Shown one piece after another: positions 9,123 through 19,424 of a stretch of 64,000 nucleotides of DNA. This stretch comes from an uncultured Alphaproteobacteria bacterium (lineage in GTDB: Bacteria; Pseudomonadota; Alphaproteobacteria; RF32; CAG-239), in NCBI GenBank assembly GCA_944391505.1, contig CALXTV010000001.1, positions 203,952-267,951 on the forward strand, in the 5' to 3' direction. The stretch's first letter is position 1; the number at the start of each line of letters is the position of its first letter. Under the pieces are notes generated by a model. The model saw nothing but the letters and a program-made list of their open reading frames with translations, did no database searches and was not told the origin of the DNA. Both the position numbers and the translations under genes were made by a program.

Positions 9123-9857
9123 TTAATAATTTTTAATTTCCAGTCTTTTTATTTCCGAAAAACCGGTTGACAAAGTAAACCCGGTCAAAACCCTTAATTG
9201 CGTATTCGAATTAATATCGCGGATTTTGGGATATTTTATCGGACTGATTCCAAGAATTTTACCCGGAATTTTTACCACATAAATTGTATTACCGTCTATA
9301 ATTTCCTTGTCCCAGCTTATAACCCGGACATATTCTGTTTTTGCAAAAAGAATATCTTCTTTTTCTTTCATTTCCTTATTCATGGTGTTAATTGCAAAAA
9401 TGATAAATATTATCATATTGACAAGGAGAGAAGCCTCGTAACCGTTAAACCGTGTGTGTTTGCCTGAGCTAAGAGATAAACGATGTTTTACATAATTAAG
9501 TTTAAGCAGATACGAAACATAAGGAATACAGCAATACAAAACAATATTGAAAATCAAGGCAACGGCCAAAGCTATGAGAAATACCGGAATAACATGCAAA
9601 AATAAGACATACATACCGAAATTGATCAGAGACCAGCCTAACCTGACCCAAACGCTTTCAATTTCAACATTGGCGAATTGTAACCTGATGAACATAAGCG
9701 CCGAAATAAAAATACCGGTTAATGCCGGAAATATATTATCTGGCCAGGTAGTCCAAACACAGATAAGACAAAATAAGACAGCTAATCCGCAGAAAATATA
9801 TTCTCCGTGGTCTTTCCAAATCGTGGCAAACTTTTTGCCGTAAATCTTAGTTTCCAT
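9123..9857 (-). CDS. integral membrane protein (4-5 N-terminal TM helices plus a ~90-aa C-terminal soluble domain)
   Basis: 244 aa. Hydrophobic N-terminal two thirds; C-terminal AKTEYVRVISWDKEIIDGNTIYVVKIPGKILGISPIK soluble region. No family assigned. Confidence 0.6.
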   Translation of the reverse strand: METKIYGKKFATIWKDHGEYIFCGLAVLFCLICVWTTWPDNIFPALTGIFISALMFIRLQFANVEIESVWVRLGWSLINFGMYVLFLHVIPVFLIALAVALIFNIVLYCCIPYVSYLLKLNYVKHRLSLSSGKHTRFNGYEASLLVNMIIFIIFAINTMNKEMKEKEDILFAKTEYVRVISWDKEIIDGNTIYVVKIPGKILGISPIKYPKIRDINSNTQLRVLTGFTLSTGFSEIKRLEIKNY

Positions 9858-9924
9858 AATAACAATTTTTAAAGTTAATATTTGTAAAATAATAAAAAAT
9901 TAAACAAATCTTATTATTTCCTGA

Positions 9925-10605
9925 CTATTTGTCAATGTTTTTTAAATATTCTTCCAATTCGTTCATGGAAGAAAAAATATTTGTAATGCCGAGCTGTTCG
10001 ACCTTACTTCGGTAATTTTGATTGTTATTCATTTCGCTGCCGATATATGCAACCGGTGTCATGCCGGCAGCCATGGCCGCCTTCAACCCCGGCAGTGAAT
10101 CTTCAATAACAATGCAGTTTTCCGGTGCTGCATTCATCATTTTGGCTGCAAACAAAAACAAATCGGGTTCGGGCTTTCCGTGTTCGACCTGTTCGGCCGT
10201 AAAAATATGATTATCGGGAAAATATTTCTTAAAATTCATAGCCTTTAATTTAGCTTCCGTTTTGGCCAGAAAACCGCCGGTTGCCAGACAATAAGGAATT
10301 TTTGTGTTTATGAGAATTTCTTCGACACCTTCGGTCGCTTCCAGATTATGCTCGATATCGTATGTTTCGCGTTTTTTCAGCTCCAACAGAAAATCGTCGT
10401 CAATATTGATGCCGATATCTTTCAGATTTTTTATTTTTGTTTTCACGGCCAGTCCGCCGAGAAATTTATCTGCCGTTTCAAAATCCCAGTTAAGGCCGAA
10501 TTTTTCATTAATTAAATCTTGCCAGATTTTAATCCATAATTTTTCGCTGTCTGCCAAAACGCCGTCATAATCCCATATAATAAGTTCAGGTTTATATTTT
10601 TTCAT
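9925..10605 (-). CDS. HAD-superfamily hydrolase (HAD-IA phosphatase / beta-phosphoglucomutase-like)
   Basis: N-terminal LIIWDYDGVLADSE (the DxD nucleophile motif of HAD). 226 aa. Confidence 0.8.
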   Translation of the reverse strand: MKKYKPELIIWDYDGVLADSEKLWIKIWQDLINEKFGLNWDFETADKFLGGLAVKTKIKNLKDIGINIDDDFLLELKKRETYDIEHNLEATEGVEEILINTKIPYCLATGGFLAKTEAKLKAMNFKKYFPDNHIFTAEQVEHGKPEPDLFLFAAKMMNAAPENCIVIEDSLPGLKAAMAAGMTPVAYIGSEMNNNQNYRSKVEQLGITNIFSSMNELEEYLKNIDK

Positions 10606-10794
10606 ATTACACCTTTTGATTTAAAATTAATGTTTCTTTTTCGGCCCCGTACAGAGGATTTTAACCTACTTTACAACAGATTTATTAAGGCCGGGTAAAA
10701 AAGCGCTCCAGAGTCAAAAAAACCGCCTTTATTTTAATCTTGCTAAAATTGACGTTTCGGATAATACTGTCTTCGAATGTTTTAAGGAGAACTT

Positions 10795-12138
10795 ATGGAT
10801 AATCAGACCATTTATGCGCTTTCGACCGTTTACGGAAAATCCGGTGTTGCCATAATCCGCATTTCCGGAAAAGATGCTCTTTCGGCCGTTTCCGAACTGA
10901 CAACATTGAATGTTGAAAATTTGAAACCGCGCTATGCCTATTTTACCAATGTTCGCGACATTGTTTCACGGGAAACATTGGATAAGGCTCTGCTGCTTTA
11001 TTTTAAAGCGCCGGCCTCTTTTACCGGGGAAGATATTGTCGAACTTCAGCTTCATGGTTCACGGGCCGTAATTTCGTCGGTCTTGGACAATCTTGGCCGT
11101 CTGAACAATTTTCGTCTTGCCGAACCCGGCGAATTTTCCAGACGGGCTTTTTATAACGGCAAAATGGATTTGACCGAAGCCGAAGGGCTTGCCGACCTGA
11201 TTGATTCTGAAACTTCCGAACAGCAGAAATATGCCATGAGGCAAATGGAAGGAAACCTGAAAAACCTTTATGACGGCTGGCGCGAAGATTTGATAAAAAT
11301 TCTAGCGTATCTTGAAGCTTATATTGATTTTCCCGATGAAGACATTCCACAGGAACTTGTTGATAAACTTTTGAACGATGTATTTAAACTTCAATCGGCC
11401 ATAAATGAACATTTGAACGGTGATTCAGTCGGCGAAAGACTGCGTGAAGGTTTTCGGGTTGTTATTGTCGGTCCGCCAAATGCCGGCAAGTCAAGTCTGC
11501 TGAACGCTGTTGTCAATCGAGATGCTGCCATTGTTTCTTCCGTTGCCGGCACAACGCGTGATGCCGTTGATGTTCATCTCGACATTAAGGGTTATCCCGT
11601 AATGTTTACAGACACGGCCGGTATTCGCGAAGTCGAAGAAGAAATAGAAAAACAGGGTATCGAGATTGCCTTCCGTAAAATTGCCGACGCTGATTTGGTG
11701 ATATGTTTGTTTGATGCTTCAAAAGACTCTGTTCACATCTTTGATAATATTAAAAATTCTTTTAAAAACAAGGAAGTATATGTTGCCAATAAATCCGACA
11801 ATTTAACTTTTGAACAATGTTCAGATCTGCGTAAACAGGGCTGCGTTGTCATCTCTGCCAAACACAAAAAAGGAATATCCGATTTAACGGATGTTATTTA
11901 TAGGCAAATACACGGGCGTTTTACTTCAAATTCCGGACTTCTTATCTCGCGTCGGCGCTATAGAGAGGCTCTGGAAGAAACTTTGAATAATTTGCAACGT
12001 TTTAATTTTAACAAAGAAATAGAACTTTCGGCAGAAGATATACGTCTGGCCGCCAGAGCGCTTGGAAAGATAACCGGCCGAATTGAAGTTGAAGATATCT
12101 TAAATAAAATATTCGGCAGCTTTTGTATCGGAAAATAA
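10795..12138 (+). CDS. mnmE: tRNA modification GTPase MnmE
   Basis: 447 aa. G-domain GPPNAGKSSLLN, DTAGIRE, and a C-terminal CIGK tetrapeptide. Confidence 0.95.
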   Translation: MDNQTIYALSTVYGKSGVAIIRISGKDALSAVSELTTLNVENLKPRYAYFTNVRDIVSRETLDKALLLYFKAPASFTGEDIVELQLHGSRAVISSVLDNLGRLNNFRLAEPGEFSRRAFYNGKMDLTEAEGLADLIDSETSEQQKYAMRQMEGNLKNLYDGWREDLIKILAYLEAYIDFPDEDIPQELVDKLLNDVFKLQSAINEHLNGDSVGERLREGFRVVIVGPPNAGKSSLLNAVVNRDAAIVSSVAGTTRDAVDVHLDIKGYPVMFTDTAGIREVEEEIEKQGIEIAFRKIADADLVICLFDASKDSVHIFDNIKNSFKNKEVYVANKSDNLTFEQCSDLRKQGCVVISAKHKKGISDLTDVIYRQIHGRFTSNSGLLISRRRYREALEETLNNLQRFNFNKEIELSAEDIRLAARALGKITGRIEVEDILNKIFGSFCIGK

Positions 12139-12212
12139 ATATAGACAAAATACTTGATTTTTTGTTTATTCTGTGCTAAAGAATAAACATTGCTTAATTA
12201 AATATATTTATT

Positions 12213-12578
12213 ATGGAACAAAATTTTTCAGATGGGTTGGAGCTGCTCATCAAAAAACACATTTCTGTCGCCGAGCCTGCGGAACTCATATCTGAACCGG
12301 ACAGCAATCTGCGCAAAATATTTAAGGACTTTGTTGAAAAAGCGCAGGAAAAAATGTTATCTATCTATTGCTATTCGCCGGAACTTGATAAAGAGCTGGT
12401 TGAGTTGCAAACAGAGATGAAGCATGTTATTGCCGCGCTTGGAAGAATTCGTCCCGGTTATCTGCAGTATTTAGCTTATCGCGACGTGTTGTCTGTTTGT
12501 GTCTTCTGCCCCTATGTAATTCCACGTCAGGAGATTTACGAAGTCTTTCAAAAAGGCTTAAAAGGACAGGTTTATTGA
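12213..12578 (+). CDS. hypothetical protein (121 aa)
   Basis: ORF between mnmE and mnmG with no recognisable domain. Confidence 0.4.
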   Translation: MEQNFSDGLELLIKKHISVAEPAELISEPDSNLRKIFKDFVEKAQEKMLSIYCYSPELDKELVELQTEMKHVIAALGRIRPGYLQYLAYRDVLSVCVFCPYVIPRQEIYEVFQKGLKGQVY

Positions 12579-12698
12579 AAACGAAATCCGGTTTAACCGC
12601 ATGGTTAGGCCGGATTTTGCTTTTAAATGAAGCCTCTTATTAACGGCTTACTAATATTTTCATGCTAAAATACAACAAATAATAAAATCGAGACGATA

Positions 12699-14552
12699 AT
12701 GAGAAAAGGTTCTGATTTTGATGTCATTGTAGTCGGTGGCGGTCATGCCGGTTGTGAAGCCTGCGCTGCTGCAGCCCGTATGGGTGCCGCAACGCTTTTG
12801 ATTACGCACCGATTGGATACGATTGGCGAAATGTCCTGTAACCCGGCCATCGGAGGTTTGGGAAAAGGACATCTTGTTCGTGAAATAGATGCGCTTGACG
12901 GGCTGATGGGACGGGTTATAGACAAAGCCGGGATTCAGTTCCGTATGTTAAACGCTTCCAAGGGACCGGCAGTCAGAGGTCCGCGCGCGCAGGCAGATCG
13001 GGATTTATACAAAAAATATATGTTCGAAGCCCTACGGAATCAAAAAAATATTTCTTTGCGCGAAGCCGCAGTCGAAGGCTTGTTGATTGATAACGGTTGC
13101 GTAACCGGTGTCAGGCTTGCCGATGGTTCAGAAATTCATGCGGCCGCTGTTGTCCTCACCACCGGAACTTTTTTGAACGGGGTAATGTTTGTCGGTCATG
13201 AAGCAACGCCGGGCGGCCGTGTCGGTGATGCCGCCTGCACCGGTATAACACCGTATTTAAAGTCATTGGGGCTCAAAATCGGTCGCCTGAAAACCGGAAC
13301 GCCGGCTCGTCTGAATGGTAAAACCATTAACTGGAGCATTCTTGAAGCTCAGGACGGCGATGAAAATCCGCAGCCCTTTTCTTATCTGACCGATAAAATT
13401 ACCAATCCGCAAATTCAGTGTTACATAACCCACACAAATGAAAAAACGCACGAAATTATTCGTGATAACTTTTCAAAATGTGCTTTGTTTTCCGGATTGA
13501 TTACCGGTGTTGGGCCGCGTTATTGTCCGAGCATTGAAGACAAACTTGTCAAATTTGCCGATCGAACCAGCCATCAGATATTTCTAGAACCGGAAGGCTT
13601 AAATACCGATGTTGTCTATCCGAACGGTATCTCAACGTCCCTGCCCGCAGATGTTCAGGATCAGTTTATTCACACAATGAAAGGTCTTGAGAATGTCGAA
13701 ATTTTACGCTTTGCCTATGCCATTGAATATGATTACGTCGATCCACAGGAGCTGAATCATACTTTGGCCGTTAAAAAAGTTCCTGGATTATTTCTTGCCG
13801 GACAGATTAACGGTACGACCGGCTATGAAGAGGCTGCGGCACAAGGTTTATTGGCCGGTGTTAATGCCGCCTTATTGGCCGAGGGAAAAGGACGGGAATT
13901 TTTCATTGACCGGAGCATGGCTTATCTTGGTGTTATGGTAGACGACTTAATTACCAAAGGCGTCGACGAGCCGTACCGAATGTTTACCTCTCGGTCGGAA
14001 TATCGTCTGTTTCTGCGGGCAGACAATGCTGATGCCCGTCTGACGGAAATCGGGTATAAAACAGGTTGTGTCAGTGAAAACAGATACAGTGTATTTAAAG
14101 CCAAATATGAACAGATTAACCATTATCATAAACTCTGCGATCAACTTTATATTACGCCGAACGAACTTGAAAAATATAATATCCATACCAAAAAAGACGG
14201 CACCAGACGAACAGCCTTTAATGTTATGTCATATGACGGTGTTTCACGTGAAACAATAGAAAACATTTTTCCCGGTCTTAAAGGTATTCCGGCCGATGTT
14301 TATGAACAAATAGAAATTGAAGCCCGCTATGCCGGTTATATCAAACGCCAGATGGCCGATATAGAAGTGTTTAAAAAAGATGAGAATCTGAAACTGCGCA
14401 GTGATATTGACTATGCAAAAATTGGCGGACTTTCGCGGGAAATGGTAGCAAAGCTGAGCAAAGTTCGGCCTGTAACCATTGGTGAAGCCTCGCGAATACC
14501 AGGTGTAACGCCTGCCGCGATTACAGCCGTTTTAAGCTATGTTAAGAGGTGA
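12699..14552 (+). CDS. mnmG: tRNA uridine 5-carboxymethylaminomethyl modification enzyme MnmG (GidA)
   Basis: 617 aa. FAD-binding [14 protein letters not shown] at the N-terminus. The 3' end contains a parS site. Confidence 0.96.
   Translation: MRKGSDFDVIVVGGGHAGCEACAAAARMGAATLLITHRLDTIGEMSCNPAIGGLGKGHLVREIDALDGLMGRVIDKAGIQFRMLNASKGPAVRGPRAQADRDLYKKYMFEALRNQKNISLREAAVEGLLIDNGCVTGVRLADGSEIHAAAVVLTTGTFLNGVMFVGHEATPGGRVGDAACTGITPYLKSLGLKIGRLKTGTPARLNGKTINWSILEAQDGDENPQPFSYLTDKITNPQIQCYITHTNEKTHEIIRDNFSKCALFSGLITGVGPRYCPSIEDKLVKFADRTSHQIFLEPEGLNTDVVYPNGISTSLPADVQDQFIHTMKGLENVEILRFAYAIEYDYVDPQELNHTLAVKKVPGLFLAGQINGTTGYEEAAAQGLLAGVNAALLAEGKGREFFIDRSMAYLGVMVDDLITKGVDEPYRMFTSRSEYRLFLRADNADARLTEIGYKTGCVSENRYSVFKAKYEQINHYHKLCDQLYITPNELEKYNIHTKKDGTRRTAFNVMSYDGVSRETIENIFPGLKGIPADVYEQIEIEARYAGYIKRQMADIEVFKKDENLKLRSDIDYAKIGGLSREMVAKLSKVRPVTIGEASRIPGVTPAAITAVLSYVKR
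14240..14255. promoter_or_regulatory. parS centromere site (TGTTTCACGTGAAACA) inside the mnmG 3' end
   Basis: Perfect 16-bp palindrome identical to the canonical ParB-binding parS consensus. Confidence 0.85.
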
Positions 14553-14554
14553 AA

Positions 14555-15172
14555 ATGACTTGCCCGAGTATAAAACAAGCTCTGGATTTATTTGATGAAG
14601 GTTTGGCTGTCATGCGAAAAGAGCAGCCGCGTTTTGCCTTTTACTGTGAAAAATCTTTTCGCAGTCACTGTTGCCTGGTTGCCTGTTGTGCGGAAATGAT
14701 AGCTTCCCGCATAGATAATATTGACGGGCAAAAAGCTTATATATTGGGACTGTTGCACGATTACGGAAAAATGATGCGTGACGCCGACAATAAAGAATAT
14801 TTCCACGGATTGACCGGTTATAACGAAATGAACCGTCTTGGTTATGATGAAGTTGCCCGTGTCTGTCTGACCCATACTTTCCCGGATAAGGATTTTAAAT
14901 ACACCGAATACAGCTATCCGGAAATGCGTAAAACAAAAAAATTATTGGCACAGGTAGATTATGACGATTATGACCGACTTATCCAGCTTTGCGATTTGCT
15001 GGTTGTTGGTATGAATTTTTCTAAAATAAAAGACCGCATGATATTCGTAAAAGACAAATACAGAGTTTCGACAATGGTCATCAAGCGCCGCTATCGTCAG
15101 GCCCTGCGTTTGAAAAATTATTTCGATCGTCGTTGTGGTTGCAACATCTATCGTTTGCTTGGAATCAATTAA
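14555..15172 (+). CDS. HD-domain phosphohydrolase, YqeK-like (paralog 1)
   Basis: GQKAYILGLLHDYGK closely resembles the YqeK Ap4A-hydrolase HD motif (PEKAYLAGLLHDIAK). ~205 aa. An alternative GTG start at 14549 overlaps the mnmG stop. Confidence 0.7.
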   Translation: MTCPSIKQALDLFDEGLAVMRKEQPRFAFYCEKSFRSHCCLVACCAEMIASRIDNIDGQKAYILGLLHDYGKMMRDADNKEYFHGLTGYNEMNRLGYDEVARVCLTHTFPDKDFKYTEYSYPEMRKTKKLLAQVDYDDYDRLIQLCDLLVVGMNFSKIKDRMIFVKDKYRVSTMVIKRRYRQALRLKNYFDRRCGCNIYRLLGIN

Positions 15173-15792
15173 TGAACGAGAATATTTGTCCTACTGTTAA
15201 AGAAGCGGTAAATTTTTGGCTCAAGGGAATTAAATATCGTCAGGAGGAAGACGGTTTTTCCCTAAAAGACGAGTATATTTTTCACACCCAGGGCATAGCT
15301 TTTGTTGCTCGGATTATCGCTTCGCATATTCCGGACATGAATCCGGAAAAAGCATATATATGCGGCCTTTTGCACGATTATGGCAAAAAATACGATGAAA
15401 AGAAAATCGGTCGTTTCCATGGCCTTATCGGTTATCATGAATTGCAGGCTGAGGGTTTTTCTCTTCCGGCAAGAATTTGCCTGACGCACACTTTTCCCGA
15501 AAAGAAAATTCTTTTTTCCGATTTTCCGTCATATCCGCAAAAGGATCTTGAAGAGTGCCAAAAAATATTGAACGAGTTGGAATATAACGATTATGACCGG
15601 CTGATACAATTTGCCGACCGGCTTTTTGAAGGCCTTTCAATGGTTCCTTTTGCTGAGCGGGCAAAAGCCATAGGTGAGCGTTATCATTTGTCTGAATCAA
15701 TTGTCAACAAACTGATAGCAGACGGTCAAAAGCTTAAAGATTTTCTGGATAAACGCTGCGGTATGGATATATATAAAATAATAGGCCTCTGA
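15173..15792 (+). CDS. HD-domain phosphohydrolase, YqeK-like (paralog 2)
   Basis: 206 aa. PEKAYICGLLHDYGK, ARICLTHTFPEK and YNDYDRLIQ are colinear with paralog 1 (~40% identity by eye). The ATG follows the paralog-1 stop directly. The ORF-track start at 15133 was rejected. Confidence 0.7.
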
Positions 15793-15793
15793 T

Positions 15794-16612
15794 ATGCAAA
15801 AGTTTTCTTACCACACCCACACAAACAGTTTTGGTGTTTTTGACGGACACAATTCTGCCGAAGAAATGATTTCTGCAGCTGAATCCATCGGTTATACCGA
15901 ACTCGGCATTTCCAATCATCTTATCTGTAAAAAAGAATGCAGCAGCTTTTCGCCGCAGTTTTTTGATAATTTTCAAAAGGCGGAAACGGTGTATTTAAAA
16001 AACATAGAAGAAATAAGAAGCGCCGCACAAAAAAATAAGATTAAAGTTTATGTCGGTTTTGAAGTCGATTATTTTAAGTCTGCCGAATGGCGTCGCTGTT
16101 TTGAAAAACTCCGCAGCCGTTTGGACGTTGATTATCTGATAGGCTCGACACATTGTTTGATGAACAGCGATGCAAGTTGGATACTTAATATTTATGAGAT
16201 GAATCGCAAACCGATTATTGTTGACGAAGAAACCAAACGGGAAGGCATTAAAAATTATTGGCTGAATATTATTGAATCAATAAAAAGCGGCTATTTTGAT
16301 TTTATTGCGCATCTTGACGTCATCAAAATTTTTGGAATGGGATTGGAACCGGAATGGGACGAGTATAAATGGAAAGTAATAGAAGCCCTGACCGAAACAA
16401 AACACCCCTACGAACTGAATACAAGTGGATGGACAAAGGCCGGTGAACAACACCCGCACACATGGATGCTCAGGGAACTGTCAAATCGCAACGTTCCGAT
16501 TGTTATCAGCGATGATGCGCATTCAACCTCAATGTTGGCTCGAAATTTTTCCGAAGCCGAAAAACTTTTGGCCGATCTCAATTACAAAAGCCGTTGGAAA
16601 TTACATAAGTAA
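15794..16612 (+). CDS. PHP-domain phosphoesterase (histidinol-phosphatase HisJ family)
   Basis: N-terminal SYHTHTNSFGVFDGH PHP metal-binding motif. 272 aa. The ATG is 1 nt after the HD paralog-2 stop. Confidence 0.75.
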   Translation: MQKFSYHTHTNSFGVFDGHNSAEEMISAAESIGYTELGISNHLICKKECSSFSPQFFDNFQKAETVYLKNIEEIRSAAQKNKIKVYVGFEVDYFKSAEWRRCFEKLRSRLDVDYLIGSTHCLMNSDASWILNIYEMNRKPIIVDEETKREGIKNYWLNIIESIKSGYFDFIAHLDVIKIFGMGLEPEWDEYKWKVIEALTETKHPYELNTSGWTKAGEQHPHTWMLRELSNRNVPIVISDDAHSTSMLARNFSEAEKLLADLNYKSRWKLHK

Positions 16613-16755
16613 ATCAATTAAATTTATAATATTTTGATTCAAGAAACGCTGTGTAACTTGTTGTTTTAAGAGTCATTTTAAAATAAATACTTTTTTGTGT
16701 TTATAACTGCCGAATTTGGGTTTTAAATTTATTTGAAAAATTATATAAATATTTT

Positions 16756-17385
16756 ATGGAAAATTTTATGGTCAAATATAATGTTTCACGTGAAACATTT
16801 GAGCGTTTAAAAACTTATGAAACATCTCTTCAAGAGTGGCAACATAAGTTCAATTTAGTCAGCAATGCTTCGTTGGAAAATGCCTGGGAACGGCATTTTC
16901 TTGACTCGGCTCAGCTTTACAAATTTATTCCGTCTGAGGCCAAAACAGTTATGGATTTTGGCTCTGGAGCTGGATTTCCGGGAATGGTGCTGGCGATAAT
17001 GGCTGCTGAAAAAACACCGTATTTAAATTTTCGTCTTGTTGAAAGTATTGGTAAAAAAACACTGTATTTAAATGAAGTGAAAAAAATAACCGGTATTAAT
17101 AACGTCGAGATAATAAATGAGCGTATTGAAAATATTAGAACAACTCCGGTTGACGTTATCACTTCCCGCGCAATGTGTTCTCTAAAGGAACTTTTAAGTT
17201 ATGCCGTAAAGTTTGCCGATAAAAATACGGTCTGCATTTTTCCGAAAGGTCGAAAATATAATGAAGAAATTTCCGAAGCCCGAAAAGCGTGGTCGTTTGA
17301 CTGTCACGCTGTGCCGAGTGAAGTAAGCGCTGAAGGGGCGATTTTAATTGTTACCAAAATAAAAAAGCTTAAAGGAGTTAGATAA
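16756..17385 (+). CDS. rsmG: 16S rRNA (guanine527-N7)-methyltransferase RsmG (GidB)
   Basis: 209 aa. DFGSGAGFPGMVLAI SAM motif. The 5' end contains a parS site. Confidence 0.93.
   Translation: MENFMVKYNVSRETFERLKTYETSLQEWQHKFNLVSNASLENAWERHFLDSAQLYKFIPSEAKTVMDFGSGAGFPGMVLAIMAAEKTPYLNFRLVESIGKKTLYLNEVKKITGINNVEIINERIENIRTTPVDVITSRAMCSLKELLSYAVKFADKNTVCIFPKGRKYNEEISEARKAWSFDCHAVPSEVSAEGAILIVTKIKKLKGVR
16782..16797. promoter_or_regulatory. parS centromere site (TGTTTCACGTGAAACA) inside the rsmG 5' end
   Basis: Perfect 16-bp palindrome, identical to the site at 14240. Confidence 0.85.
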
Positions 17386-18165
17386 ATGCCAAGAATAATT
17401 GCTATAGCGAATCGTAAAGGCGGTGTGGGCAAAACCACCACCACGGTCAACGTTGCAACGGCCATGGCCGCCGCTGGCAAAAAGGTTTTGGTTGTTGACC
17501 TTGACCCGCAGGGAAATGCAACGACGTCAATGGGAATTAATAAAAGTGGCCGGATGGCATCTTCCTACGAAGTTCTTTTAGGCGAAAAAAGAATTAACGA
17601 AGCCGTTGTCTGGACCGAAATTCCGAATTTTTCACTCGTTCCATCGTCGCCTGACCTGGCCGGTGCCGAAGTTGAGCTTGTCGATGTCGAACATCGTGAG
17701 TTTGCTTTGCGCAATGCTTTGGGTAAAGATGTTGTCAATTACGATTACGTTTTAATCGACTGCCCGCCGTCCTTAAGCCTGGTAACCATCAATGCCTTGG
17801 TTGCTGCCGATGCGGTAATTGTTCCTTTGCAGTGCGAATTTTTAGCATTGGAAGGCATTACCGACCTCATTCGCAACATCAATCAGATAAAAAAGAAATT
17901 CAACCCGAAACTTGAATTACAGGGCGTAGTTCTGACCATGTACGACAAACGCAATAATTTGTCACAGATGGTTGAAGATGATGTTCGCAGCTTTTTCGGC
18001 AAGAAGGTATATCAAACCGTCATTCCCAGAAACGTTCGTGTTTCGGAAGCGCCTTCTCACGGCAAACCGGTTTTGATTTATGATTTCAGATGCCCGGGAG
18101 CGCAGGCTTATATCAGCCTCACCGGTGAAGTATTAAAAAGAGAAAAGGAATTGTTGGCATGTTAG
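17386..18165 (+). CDS. parA: chromosome partitioning ATPase ParA
   Basis: 259 aa. Deviant Walker A KGGVGKTTT. Confidence 0.95.
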   Translation: MPRIIAIANRKGGVGKTTTTVNVATAMAAAGKKVLVVDLDPQGNATTSMGINKSGRMASSYEVLLGEKRINEAVVWTEIPNFSLVPSSPDLAGAEVELVDVEHREFALRNALGKDVVNYDYVLIDCPPSLSLVTINALVAADAVIVPLQCEFLALEGITDLIRNINQIKKKFNPKLELQGVVLTMYDKRNNLSQMVEDDVRSFFGKKVYQTVIPRNVRVSEAPSHGKPVLIYDFRCPGAQAYISLTGEVLKREKELLAC

Positions 18166-19187
18166 AAAACGGAAGTCTTGACGAATTGGATATTCTGGCC
18201 GAAACCGGCAAACATGAAGAACATCAGCACGGAAACAAAAGAAAAAGTCTCGGTCGCGGTTTGGGTGCTTTGTTGGGCGATGATGAGTTTAACATAGACG
18301 AGGCCTTAAACGATACGCCGGCGCAACCCGTTCGTCCGGCAGACGATGAAGTCGATGTAAATCTCCTTTATCCAAGCCCTTTTCAGCCGCGTAAGGACTT
18401 TGACGAAGAAGCCCTCAATGCTTTGGTTGAATCCGTCAAAGAAAAAGGCATACTGCAGCCGCTTTTGGTTCGCAAGAAAAATGATCGTTATGAGATTATC
18501 GCCGGCGAACGCCGCTGGCGCGCGTCCAAATTAGCCGGCCTCAAAACGGTTCCGGTTATTGTCAAAGAAATGGACGATAAAGAAGTTCTGGAAGTTGCTT
18601 TGGTTGAAAATCTGCTGCGCGAGAATCTTTCAGCCATTGAAGAAGCGGAAGGTTTTCAACGGCTTATTGACGAATTTTCTCACACACAGGAAGCACTTGC
18701 CCAGATTGTCGGAAAATCACGCAGTCATGTCGCTAATACGCTTCGCCTGCTTAGTCTGCCTGAATCCGTAAAAAATATGGTTCGTGAAGGTACGCTGTCC
18801 GCCGGTCATGCGCGTGCTCTGGTAGGTTTGGATAATGCCGAAGCTTTGGCCAAACAGATCGTGTCCAAAGATCTGAATGTCCGTCAGGTAGAAGAATTGG
18901 TTGCTAAACAAAAAAATCCGGAACCTAAAGAACCCAAAAAAACCAAAGATGAAGATATTGTTGAAATTGAAAAGGATTTGAACAAGCATCTCGGTCTGCG
19001 GATTAAAATATCGCCGAGCAAGCAGGGCGGCGGCAAAGTTGTTTTGCAATATGCTTCTGCGGCAGAGTTGGATATGATTATTGATATTCTGGAACAAAAA
19101 CGCAAAACGGCCGCAGCAATACCGGCTGCATCAACGGATGCGGATATGTCCGGAAACGAAAAATTTACAATGAAAATAATAGATTAA
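18159..19187 (+). CDS. parB: chromosome partitioning protein ParB
   Basis: 342 aa. ParB-box GERRWRA, an HTH region, and a 7-nt overlap with parA. Confidence 0.95.
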   Translation: MLENGSLDELDILAETGKHEEHQHGNKRKSLGRGLGALLGDDEFNIDEALNDTPAQPVRPADDEVDVNLLYPSPFQPRKDFDEEALNALVESVKEKGILQPLLVRKKNDRYEIIAGERRWRASKLAGLKTVPVIVKEMDDKEVLEVALVENLLRENLSAIEEAEGFQRLIDEFSHTQEALAQIVGKSRSHVANTLRLLSLPESVKNMVREGTLSAGHARALVGLDNAEALAKQIVSKDLNVRQVEELVAKQKNPEPKEPKKTKDEDIVEIEKDLNKHLGLRIKISPSKQGGGKVVLQYASAAELDMIIDILEQKRKTAAAIPAASTDADMSGNEKFTMKIID

Positions 19188-19210
19188 AAAAATTTTTTAT
19201 TTTTATTTTC

Positions 19211-19246
19211 GCCCCGTTGAATCTTTCGACGGGGTTTCTTTTATTT
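19211..19246 (+). terminator. intrinsic terminator after parB
   Basis: GC-rich hairpin CCCCGTTGAA....TTCGACGGGG followed by a TTTCTTTTATTT tract. Confidence 0.7.
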
Positions 19247-19424
19247 CGGACAGATAAAGGCAGTCAAAATATAATATTGCCGATATTTACTCCTTTTTAA
19301 GAGCTTTTTTGTAATCTGAAGCAAATTACATATATTTATGCCGAAATTTGTCGCACAGAATAGCTTGGAAAATTTTCAATCTTGTGCTCTAATCAAAGCA
19401 AATAACATAAAGGAAAGATACGAC

